NCBI RefSeq assembly: GCF_006345805.1
Contig: NW_021834277.1
Coordinates: forward strand, 1-50,047
Length of the DNA: 50,047 nt
Direction of reading: 5' to 3'
Source of the DNA: Octopus sinensis
Taxonomy: Eukaryota
Under the pieces are notes generated by a model, which worked only from the letters and a program-made list of their open reading frames with translations, made no database searches and had not been told where the DNA came from. Shown one piece after another: positions 11,391 to 21,800 of the stretch. The first letter of the stretch is position 1, and each line of letters starts with the position of its first letter. The translations under genes were made by a program, and so were the position numbers.

Positions 11391-11631
11391 TTGGGTCGGG
11401 GCATAATTATTGCGGGGTCCCCCCCCCCAACGAAAACAATAACAATATTAAACAAAAACATCTTTAAATGACGGTCTGACCGTCTGCCAAGCAAATGGCA
11501 AGCAGTAATTGAAGTAGATGGTGAATATGCTCCGGAATAATCATTTAAAGATGTTTTTGTTTCATGTTGTTATTGTTTATGTTGAGTAAAATTTGTTGAA
11601 GAAAAGCCGCAATAATTATGCACCAACCCAA
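11391..11631 (+). mobile_element. Mariner-derived MITE (241 bp, TA TSD) retaining the transposase C-terminus
   Basis: TIRs TTGGGT(C/T)GG(G/T)GCATAATTATTGCGG (23/25), resembling Hsmar1-type TIRs. Inner ~38-bp inverted arms. Core encodes DRLPSKWQAVIEVDGEYAPE*. Confidence 0.85.
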
Positions 11632-11862
11632 TATAAACGCTTTTCAATGCAAGAGAAAAAGTTCCCACTTAAGACAAAAAAGTGTTCACTGCATCCGTTT
11701 GAAGATGCACAGAGGATGCACCTCAACATATTTTCATCAAAATTCCATTCTCGAGGTGACGGTGAATATGAAGCTATAGAGCGGCGAAAGACAGTTTGCC
11801 AATGTGACACGCAGTCGGATCGACGTCTAGGAAGAGAACGTCTTGCTCTTCATCCTACGAAT

Positions 11863-12238
11863 GAGTGGCTGTGTGGTAAGTAGCTTGCTTACCAACCACA
11901 TGGTTCCGAGTTCACTTGGGCAAGTGTCTTCTACTATAGCCTCGGGCCGACCAAAGCCTTGTGAATGGATTTGGTAGACGGAAACTGAAAGAAGCCCGTC
12001 GTATATATGTATATATATATATATATATATGTATGTGTGCGTCTGTATTTGTCCCCCCTCCCAACATCGCTTGACAACCGATGCTGGTGTGTTTACGTCA
12101 CCGTAACTTAGCGGTTCGGCAAAAGAGAACGATAGAATAAGTACTAGGCTTACAAAGAATAAATCCTGGGGTCGATTTGTTCAACTAAAGGCGGTGCTCC
12201 AGCATGGCCACAGCCAAATGACTGAAACAAGTAAGAGT
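11863..12238 (+). mobile_element. SINE family A (CORE-like ACCTTGGGCAAG motif, internal microsatellite, AAAGAG tail)
   Basis: Colinear with full-length copies at 26734 and 43344; small deletion in the head. Confidence 0.9.
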
Positions 12239-12380
12239 ATGTCACACACACACACACACATAATTTATCGCTTCCCATACATACATACATACATACATAC
12301 AAACATAGCTTAGGGCACTATTAAGGATCTTGTGGCAAGATGCAACTTTATGCAACTGTAACGTTTTCACTTGTTGGTTT

Positions 12381-12428
12381 GTCCAATGGGAGAGCAGCAA
12401 ACTCTCTGCCATACAGTTGTTATATAAA
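12381..12428 (+). promoter_or_regulatory. Possible CCAAT + TATA core promoter
   Basis: CCAAT near 12381 and TATATAAA about 40 bp downstream in unique sequence; motif match only. Confidence 0.2.
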
Positions 12429-13081
12429 CGGAACTCGAAGTTCTCTCTCGCTCTCTTTCACATAGAACTAACCCAGGGCAAAGAATTGGTGGGGAGTTCG
12501 TTCCTTACACTTCTTTCAGTTAACCTTAAAACAAGACATGTTTCTGCTAAACGAGATATCGATTTACCGTATCTCTATTCCGCTAATTTACTGACCACAT
12601 ATGTTGATTTCCTGTCCTTTTATTTAAGCAACATTTCAGCTCGTTCACCGTTCACACAAATATGCAGGTCTCAAAATAACTTTTTATTTCAAAACCAGAA
12701 AAGAAGAACATACGAATTACATCACCGACTTTCATATATACAACAATATCTTTACACACGTGTTGACTGAACTGTTGTATTTATGGATGTCGCAATAGAA
12801 AATTGTGGCTGTTTCTCTGTTTGGATCGAGTATCTAATTTAAACTTGTACTTTATGAATATACTGAAGTAAACACGTGATGTTTCACTGCATTGAATAAG
12901 CGTTTTCTGCCAATGAATAAAACAGTCTCTACACATTTCAGACAACAAATGCGGGTGTTGTATTTGAAGTTTTCGAGCTTAGAATCATTATGTACAGGAA
13001 ACTGGGTTGTGATATTCAGTACGGTTGTTTAATAAAAGAGGGACATGAATGAGGTTTATAAAGAACAAAAAAGGAAGAAAA

Positions 13082-13128
<47 letters not shown>

Positions 13129-13229
13129 GTTTAAACAAAATAAAGACAGAAAAGAATGTCTGTTCGAGCTAGTTTCTTAATGAATAATATGAACGACGTA
13201 TTTGTTTATTACACATACTTTAGTTTTCA

Positions 13230-13301
13230 ATCAAAGATGGCCAGAAGTCTGGCGTCTCTGGCGGTGACGTGTTGACGTCTCACTTAAAGCCAATAGTGAG
13301 T
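13230..13301 (+). promoter_or_regulatory. Possible promoter/first exon: YY1-like AAGATGGC, two TGACGT half-CREs, AGCCAATAG, then GTGAGT donor
   Basis: Motif cluster in a CpG-containing island within AT-rich DNA; donor at 13296-13301. Confidence 0.3.
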
Positions 13302-13486
13302 GGGCTGTTGTTGTTGTTTTTTGTTTTTTCAATGAGGAGACAAAGGAAATGAGACTTGTAATAGTGTGGTTATTTTAACTAAAGATTCCAATTGACAAAA
13401 ATAGACTTTTCGAACGGAAATGCGTATTTATGCATAGATGTCTTTGCACATAGAGTAACATTATTTGCTGGTATTGCGTAACGCAG

Positions 13487-13659
13487 TACCAAGGCGGTGA
13501 GGCCTTAGGGTTGCTGGCGCCCCGGGAAAACTTAGCTTCAACGTGTACAAGCTGACGGACGTGGAAATTTCCTTGTCTTTGTCACGCCCTCCTTGGCGCT
13601 CCCTAGCACATGGCGCCCCGGGCGAATGCCCTAGTTGCCGGTACCTTGAGCCGGCCCTG
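13487..13659. mobile_element. GC-rich hAT-like MITE remnant
   Basis: Right end reads CAGGGCCGGCTCAAGG on the minus strand with GGCGCCCC subterminal motifs; left TIR degenerate. Confidence 0.45.
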
Positions 13660-14060
13660 ACTCCGGACAAAATGCTTAGCGGTATTTCGTCCGCGGCAAG
13701 CTGGCAGAATCGTCAGCACGCCGGGTGAAATGCATAGCCGTATTTGGTCTGCTGTTACGTTCTGAGTTCAAATTCTGCCGAGGTCGACTTTGCCTCTCAT
13801 CCTTTCGGGGTCGATTAAATAAGTACCAGTTACGCACTGGGGTCGATGTAATCGACTTAATACCTATGTCTGTCCTTGTTTGTCCTCTCTGTGTTTAGCC
13901 TCTTGTGGGTAATAAAGAAATAGGTATTTCGTCCATCTTTACGTTCAAATTACGAGGTGACTCTGCTTCTCATCCAATAAAAGTAAATACGAGTTGAGCG
14001 CTGGGGAGGCGATCAAATCGACTTATCCCTTCCCTCGAACTTACTGACTTTCTACCAAAA
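13660..14060 (+). mobile_element. Composite SINE B (partial head, full copy, degenerate head-less second unit)
   Basis: Body restarts at GTATTTCGTC (13924), 184 bp after the first occurrence (13740). Confidence 0.85.
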
Positions 14061-14215
14061 CCTGAAACCAATATGTAACCCAGTACAACCTGCTGCATGG
14101 TCGAGCCATCAGTGACTGAACGGGAAACTCCACCAAAGTCGTTTTGGTGAGCAGAGTGGTTTTCAAAAATCCTGCTTGATCAAAAAGCAAATGTCAAAAG
14201 GCAAATGAACTCCAA

Positions 14216-14599
14216 GCGGCTGTGTGGTAAGACGTTGTTTACTTCCCAACCGCATAGTTCCGGGTTCAGTCCCACTGTATGGCACCTTGGTCAAGTGTCT
14301 TCTATAGCCTCGGCCGACCAAAACTTTGTGAGTGAATTTAGTGGACGGAAACTGAAAGAAGCCCATTGCGTATTATATATATTATATATATATTATATAT
14401 ATATATATATATATATTTATAGGGAGAATTCACGAAAAAACAGAAGATGAAGACAGGTGGTGTAGACAACAAACAGATGTATTAGTATAACGTTCGGGGA
14501 AGTGAAAAAGTCTTTAACGTTTCGAGCCTACGCTCTTCCACGGAAAGGAACACAGAAAGAAACAAAGAGAGACAATAAAGAATGTGTAGTGGCTAGCGA

Positions 14600-14631
<32 letters not shown>

Positions 14632-14782
14632 CTGTGTGTGAATGTGTGTGTGGCTGTGTTTGTTCCCCACTACCGCTTGACAACCGGTGTTGGATTGTTT
14701 AAGGAGACTGATAGAATAAGTATCAGGCTTTACACAAAACTATTAGGACCGGGACCGATTCATTCGACCAAAAGTTCTTCAA
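14216..14782 (+). mobile_element. SINE family A split by a P2 element inserted in its internal (TA)n
   Basis: Head at 14216-14375, 3' body resumes at ~14630 (CGCTTGACAACCGGTG). Confidence 0.8.
14421..14603 (-). mobile_element. Small element family P2 with hammerhead-like motif, flanked by (TA)n on both sides
   Basis: RNA at 14547-14512: CUUU-CCGUGGA-A-GAGC(GUAG)GCUC-GAAA-CG-UU-AAAG. Opposite-orientation fragment at 25028-25094. Confidence 0.65.
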
Positions 14783-14863
14783 GAGCCAAACACCCTAACC
14801 ACGAAGCCACGCGCCTTCACATAATGCGTGGGATACCCGCGTAGGAGCTTTCTTAATCAATTC

Positions 14864-14958
14864 AACGTTTCGAGCGGAGCTCTTCGTCAGAAACATGGGA
14901 AAAGGAAAGATCCAAGAAAGGGAAGACGGACGAAAAAAATCGCCAACGATACACACAA
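14864..14958 (-). mobile_element. P1 fragment ending at the predicted hammerhead cleavage site
   Basis: Near-identical to 7498-7590; homology stops at AACGTTTCG (14864). Confidence 0.7.
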
Positions 14959-15419
14959 GATCAGCAACAATTTAGATTCAAATGAATATGCTACTTAATT
15001 TAGATGCACCAGAATTTTGTATGGTGTTACCCATAAAAATATGCGGGGTGATTATAATAAAAAATAAGCAACAAGAATGACTCCGGTGATTTGGTACAAA
15101 TGTTTCGCACTACACCATTTTATCAAAAGCTGTAAGTATTACAGCAGATTTAAGATGCTGAGTGCTCTTCAGCCAATTATATAGGTTTTCCAATAATATA
15201 AAAGATTTCAAATCATGTAGTAACATTTTAGAGAAGGTAGATATACCGATAAATATGTTGATTTGAATTTTAAGAACTTATGAGGTTGTGAAGTTCAGTT
15301 GCTAACTGACCAAAACTCTGGTTGTATCTGGGGTGTCTGCAAGTAGGAGATAATGTGGGTATGTCATTATGTTTGTCCCACCAATACTTGACAATCGGTG
15401 TTGGTTTGTTTACGTTCCC

Positions 15420-15461
<42 letters not shown>

Positions 15462-15486
15462 GACGCACACACACGTTATAAAGATT

Positions 15487-15526
<40 letters not shown>

Positions 15527-16013
15527 CGTGTGAACCTTTTATTGGAACCACTTCAAATATTTAACACTCGGCTTGTTTATGGAATACAAAGGAAAGCAAT
15601 TGATGTTTGTGAGGCCTCCAAGCCATTGTACCCTGTGACACCACCACCACCACCATCCTGTCCTCCACCGCCGTAACCACCCACACACAGTAACACCATC
15701 ACCACGACCAGCAACAACAGAAACAGCAGCAGCAGCTTGTGTATAGACGAGTGTGTTGTGTCACACACCAGCCATTCTGATTGGAATGACTTGGTAAGGG
15801 GGGGGACGACACACAGACACAAATCGCATGCCAGCTTCCTTCCTCATCGATCGATTAATGCTGCTTTAGCCTGGCTTTGCCTTCACTACCCATAATCAAC
15901 GTGTTCACTCCAAATCCTTCCATTCTTTATATCATATTACCCGGAGACAATGTGACGAATTTCCCGGCACCATTTTGATATCAAAAGTCTCACGTAATTT
16001 TATCTTCTTAAAT

Positions 16014-16078
<65 letters not shown>

Positions 16079-16753
16079 TTTTTTTTTTTTTTTGGTTCTT
16101 CTGCTTCTTTTTTCCTTCGTGTTTCTTAATCCTTTCCTTATTTTCCTAAATGCCTTTTATTTTTTTCGGAAAATATCTTCTCGATAATACCCCTATTAAA
16201 CTTGCATTCATTCACTACTGTTAACAAGAATTTGGGTATTTCGCATCATAATCATAATCATTATTATTATTATTATTATTATTATTTAGGTTTTCCTATT
16301 GTCAGTATCCATTTTTCTAGGAATGGGCGTATGATGGGAATATGGACGCGAGCGCATATTATATATGTGTGTGTAGCGTGTGTATAGTGTAATTTTTAAA
16401 ACTAATAGCAGCTATATGAGGAACTCTGCTATCTTGAAACCAAAAAAAAAAATAATAAAAAGCGGAACAAAATATATATAGAACAAATTTGAGTATAATA
16501 AATAACAATGGGGTGGGGATTAGAAAAAAAAATTCCACGTGGAATGTTTAACAATTGGAAATTTCCAGTAATTGACAATGTGAACAACGAGTCTGAGATT
16601 CTTGTCATACCATTAATTAAAAGACACGAAACACAAAGACCGGGTGGATGGATGTATATATATACATGCACACACACATATATATATAAACAAAATTCTT
16701 TGGAAGTATCTTTTGTCGTTTAGTTTTGCTTTATTTCTGTTGTGTGTGCGTAT

Positions 16754-16822
<69 letters not shown>

Positions 16823-17759
16823 AATAGACACACGCACTGACACGTTATGCTTCTATGTTTGTGTATTTATACTTTATTTTGAATGGAAGAGAAAAAACTC
16901 CACAAAGGTTTGGTAGAAAGATAGGAAAAAGCAGATTTCATTAAAACAGTTCCTAACGGATTAAATTCGCTGTGTAATCGTATTTATTTCACGTGTTGTT
17001 ATTATTACAAGAACCCTCAAGGAAAAAAAAAGTAAAAGAGTCACAGACCGTCTATTTTCAACGTGTTTTTGTTAGCGTGTAGAAAGACAGTTCGTGTTTT
17101 TGTTTAATTTTTTTTTGTCCTGATTTATTAGGTCTGTTTGTTTTCTTTTTAAGCTTCTTGTTATTATTCTTCTTCTTCGGAGAATGGTGGAAGTTATTTT
17201 CGTGAGTTTGGAGTAAGTTGGAGAGGGAAATTTGTATGAAAATAGCGAGATACGAGACGGGCGGGCACAAGAGGAAGAAAAAGAGAAGAAGGAAAAAAAA
17301 TTAGCACACAATACGCTTCTAACCACTTTGCAAAAGCAAGAATACTAATATTCTTTGCATGCTGACATTCCAAAGCCTTGAAACACTCTTTCGCTCATTG
17401 AATTATTCTTATATATAGGAAGCGAATATCTGTGAACAAGATGTTCTTAACGTCCAATTGGTAGCCCCCCCCCCTACAACTGCTAACAAGCGCCATGTAA
17501 ATAAACAGAGGAAGACGATTAATTCGCAACAAAATTGTAATAAAATAAATATAAACTTTCTTCTCTTGCTCGATAAAAAATATAGTCTTAAAACACGGCG
17601 TGACAACTTCAAAAGCAAGCATGATAACTTCGGAATTTATTATGGTTGTTGCTTTACATGTAAACACTTAAGCGATGCACGAAAGAAAGTATTTTTAAAC
17701 AGACACACTTGTATTATTTACGTTCAGGTTTATAGGTTGCTTTCTCTTTCTTTTCCTAG

Positions 17760-17906
17760 AATTAACTGTAATAGAAGTAACCTAACACCACCACCAACAA
17801 CAACAACAACAAAGTCCTGCTGGCAAAGTTTAAATATTGAGGAGTACCATGTGGAATAACAACGTTTCTCCGACGCTCTCGCCGATTCTGGCTCGCTACC
17901 AAGCCG
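17760..17906 (+). CDS. Candidate exon with 5' UTR and first codons (ATG 17849: MWNNNVSPTLSPILARYQA, phase-1 donor)
   Basis: Strong acceptor tttctctttcttttcctAG (17758-59), accATG context, donor CCG|GTAAGT (17907-12). No partner exon or homology identified. Confidence 0.35.
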
Positions 17907-18013
17907 GTAAGTTGTCGTCCATTTTTCAGCAGACGATAAATTTTGATGCTCGTTCCGGGCGCATGTTTGCTTGCATGTAAGTGCATATGTGGAAGTTGTG
18001 TGTGTGTGTGTGT

Positions 18014-18056
<43 letters not shown>

Positions 18057-18185
18057 ATTTTTGAGCGCGCGAATTTACGTGTGCGTATCATACCTATGTA
18101 TTTATGGGAAATGTATATGGGTACAGAACTGTATTCGGACAATACTTATGTGTATGTATGTGTGCGTATGTATACACACACACAC

Positions 18186-18236
<51 letters not shown>

Positions 18237-18547
18237 CATGTATAACTGTATAACACACGCATGTATATATACGTGTACGTGTGTCTGTATAGATACCCCT
18301 AAATATACACATACTACATATGGATATATGTATGTGTGTATGTGTAGTAAATAAATAAATATGTGTGTGTGTGTACCTTTGACCATATAATATAGTAAAT
18401 GAATTAATTGTATCGCAATTCTTAACATTTATGTATTAACTTTGTTGGGTACCTCACTAGCAGTATATTGGATATATGTTATCCCATGGTGGGTTGCATT
18501 TACAACCCCTATCTCAATTTGTATATATATATATATATACATATATA

Positions 18548-18678
18548 CAGGGTGTCCCAAAAAAATGTATACACATAGTGGTTCGGCAAAAGAGAACGAT
18601 AGAATAAGTACTAGGCTTACAAAGAATAATAAATTTACAATTATTTAAGGTGTGTATACATTTTTTTTGGACACCCTG
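18548..18678. mobile_element. 131-bp Tc1/mariner-type MITE containing a SINE A fragment
   Basis: 28-bp TIRs CAGGGTGTCC(C/A)AAAAAAATGTATACACA (27/28), TA on both sides; 18578-18629 matches the SINE A body. Confidence 0.9.
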
Positions 18679-19315
18679 TATATATATCAAATATACGTGT
18701 GTCTGTGTTGGCTACGTATAAATATATATCGTGCATGTATATCTGCATGCATGTATAATGCCCATATTTTTTACCGTGTGTATGTCTATCATGGATGTAT
18801 AGAAAGAATATGTCAAATACCCTTTGGTATGTCTGATCGGCATTTTAACGCAGGTACTGACGATGGCTGTTGCTAACGTCATTTCAATTACTTACACACA
18901 CAACACACACACACACCTTTGTTTTGCTTTTCTCTTTGCTATTTTTCACCTTCGTTTTAAGTAATCTAATACCTTGAAGTTATTCCTTCCACCCTCACTT
19001 AGTAATTTCACAGACATTGTAACACAACATAGCTGTCTGTATTACAATGTACCCGTTTACTATTACCGTAGTCATTGGTGATGTTGATGATGATAATAAT
19101 GATGGTGATGATGGTGGTTGATATATATATATATATAATAGAGTGCGCTGTGGTTTGGCAGCAATGTTAGGCGTGATTCGGGGGGTTGTGTGACATCGTC
19201 TGAAATAGTTATGGCTTTTGGTTGCCGAGGTGGTTTGTGGTGGTTGTTGTAACGTGGTTTTTGCTAATGATGTAGGGAAATAACGGATGTTGTTTGCCAG
19301 TGGTTAACAGTTGGG

Positions 19316-19347
<32 letters not shown>

Positions 19348-19429
19348 GGTGGTGGTGGTGGTTCAGGTGGGGGGTTGCAATTGCTGTTGGTGGGTATCTG
19401 TGTATACTTGCGGGTGTGTGTGTATACGT

Positions 19430-19780
19430 GTGTGTGTATTTGTGATTGTGTGTGTTTTTGTAATTGTGATTGTGTGTGTGTGTGTATTTGTGATTGTGTG
19501 TGTGTGTGTATTTGTGATTATGTGTGTGTGTGTGTGATTGTGTGTGTGTATATATTTGTGATTGTGTGTGTGTTTTTGTAATTGTCTGTGTGCATTTGTG
19601 ATTGTGTTTGTGTGTGTATTTGTGATTATGTGTGTGTGTATTTGTGATCGTGTGTGTGTTTTTGTAAACGTGTGTGTATTTGTGATCGTGTGTGTGTTTT
19701 TGTAAACGTGTGTGTATTTGTGATTATGTGTGTATGTGTGATTGTGTGTGTGTATATATTTGTGATTGTGTGTATTTATT
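19430..19780. repeat. TGTGATTGTGTG-type degenerate minisatellite
   Basis: Direct reading. Confidence 0.85.
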
Positions 19781-20381
19781 CGTTTTGGCGAGTATATGTC
19801 TGTTCACATTTGTGCATATATATGTATTTTTTAATGTATATGTGTGTGCATGTGTCTATATGTCAGTCTGCCTGTCTGTACGTGTGTATATCAATCAGTA
19901 TATGTCTGTGTTCGTGTGTGTATCTATGTGTTTGTCTATCTGTGTGTAGATGTGTGTTTCTTTTTCAATACAAATTCTATGACGTTAGCAATTGCATTTG
20001 GTGGCGGTAGTGGTGTTGACAAAGGACATTCCAGTAACGACCATCCCGTCTTTCTACGGCTATCTTGGACTACATTACTCAACGAACCCTTATCGTTTTT
20101 AAAACTGTGGGATGTAATTTGAAGGAGATTTGACTGATATTTCTAGCACTTCAAAGAACCCTGTTATTGTTGTTGTTGGTGGTGGTGGTATTTGTTATTT
20201 AGCCCCAAGCCAGTCCTGATGGAACAGCCCCATGATTAACAAGATGGTCATAGAGAAAGGGATGAATAGGGATACGTAGTAACCCCTGGCCTAGGAATTT
20301 CCTGGAATCTCAGGAAGCATTTGCATACATCAAAGCCTTATTGGCTCGGACCAACGAGAGAGAGGGGGGGAGCCTTTTACC

Positions 20382-21070
20382 TCAGTGGTTTTCCACCATT
20401 TTTAATCTATGGACCCCTTTGATTACTATTATATTCTTGTGGACCCTCATAAGCCATTTGATGTTTAAAAACTAGCTTTACAGATACTTCTTTTAAACAT
20501 TCCTATTTTGTTTTCCACCCATTCACTTGAATAGGTTTGAAATACCTATTTCTTTACTACCCACAAGGGGCTAAACACAGAGGGGACAAACAAGGACAGA
20601 CAAACGGATTAAGTTGATTATATCGACCCCAGTGCGTAACTGGTACTTAATTTATCGACTCCGAAAGGATGAAAGGTAAAGTCGACTTAGGCGGAATTTG
20701 AACTCGGAACGTAGCGGCAGACGAAATACGGCTACGCATTTCGCCCGGCGTGCTAACGTTTCTGCCAGCTCGCCGCCTTCTAGGTTTGAAATAACACTCT
20801 CTGAGAAAATATGTATTTTGTGGCCACAAAACAGGTTAATCCATGTGAAAAAGTTTGGGAAAGAAATCCAGCTGTTTCTTGCAAAAAGTACGTCTTAAGT
20901 AGTGCTCCTCAACCATTCTTTTAACCTATGGATCTCTCATTATTATTTTATTCTGGCAGATCTTCAAAGCCATTCGATGTTTGAAAACTAGTTTTATAGA
21001 TGCGTCTTTCAAAATTCTTATTTTGTTTTCCATTCATTCATTTGTGTAGGTTCGCAATAAAAGTCACTGA
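20382..21070 (+). mobile_element. Two adjacent degenerate copies of a hAT-like MITE 5' end (CAGTGGTT..CAACC...ATGGACCCC)
   Basis: 20382-20544 and ~20900-21060 align (GCCATT.GATGTTT.AAAACTAG); the first is interrupted by SINE B. Confidence 0.5.
20545..20778 (-). mobile_element. SINE family B, full length, 13-bp TSD
   Basis: TAGGTTTGAAATA at 20532-20544 and 20781-20793. Confidence 0.9.
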
Positions 21071-21263
21071 GAGAACATGTTTCTGTGTCGAATAATATGT
21101 TAAAATTATGTAAAACATTAGAGAAAGAAACGTGTTTCTTGACATAAAATATAAGGCTGTAAGTAGACGATAAATCAAATAAACGAACGTTAAAAGTGAC
21201 AATAACACACAACGAGAGGACGGAAGCATGGAATGTATTAATTTGACGCTCGGTAAGAGAGAG

Positions 21264-21300
21264 TTTATGACGTTTCGAGCATAACTCTTCATCGGAAAGG
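21264..21300 (-). ncRNA. Degenerate hammerhead motif, family P3
   Basis: RNA: CCUUU-CCGAUGA-A-GAGU(UAU)GCUC-GAAA-CG-UC-AUAAA. U4 mutated and helix I disrupted. Confidence 0.5.
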
Positions 21301-21345
21301 AAAACGGAAAAGTCTAAAGAAGGGGCAAAAAATCACCAACAGCAA

Positions 21346-21379
<34 letters not shown>

Positions 21380-21387
<8 letters not shown>

Positions 21388-21456
21388 AATTACTAAGTCT
21401 CTTTAAAAGAGATTACGACAGCGTTTCTTTTAAAGAGACTTAGTAATTTTAATATT
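21380..21456. repeat. Perfect 31-bp inverted repeat with 15-nt spacer
   Basis: AATATTAAAATTACTAAGTCTCTTTAAAAGA (21380-21410) and its exact reverse complement (21426-21456). Confidence 0.95.
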
Positions 21457-21553
21457 TCTATTATTGAAAACAAGTGGATGTATTCCACTGAAACTAGGTA
21501 AATAGAATCTTCGAACGGAGACGGTCAGTAGCGACACCTGCAGGTCTGACTAC

Positions 21554-21596
21554 GCTGCATTGAGAAGGGGCAACAACCCTGAAACATGTCTGTAGC
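21554..21596 (+). ncRNA. Type I hammerhead ribozyme, U3-A8 core variant, GUC cleavage between 21590 and 21591
   Basis: GCUGCA-UUGAGAA-GGGG(CAACAA)CCCU-GAAA-CAUG-UC^-UGUAGC. Helix I 6 bp, helix II 4 bp, palindromic ACAUGU helix III; helix I extends into a rod spanning 21506-21643. Confidence 0.8.
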
Positions 21597-21755
21597 TGTC
21601 GGACTAGCAGGTTGAAGCGGCTGACCTCCCTTGTTCGAAGGTTTGATAACGGACGCAGTTTGTGTGTCAAGTAGCTAGCTTGAGGCGATGGCTTCATGGA
21701 GCTAATCAGCGACAGCTTTATTCTTATTTTTAAGAATGCCATATTAGTATGGAGA

Positions 21756-21796
<41 letters not shown>

Positions 21797-21800
<4 letters not shown>

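Noticed and set aside
11740-11830. GDGEYEAIERRK similarity to the mariner N-terminus at 8830-9330
   Set aside because: Too short; the upstream part of that ORF is just the MITE TIR.
15100-15135. UUGAUAA...GAAACAUUUGUA as a second U3-A8 hammerhead (minus)
   Set aside because: Neither helix I nor helix II can be formed.
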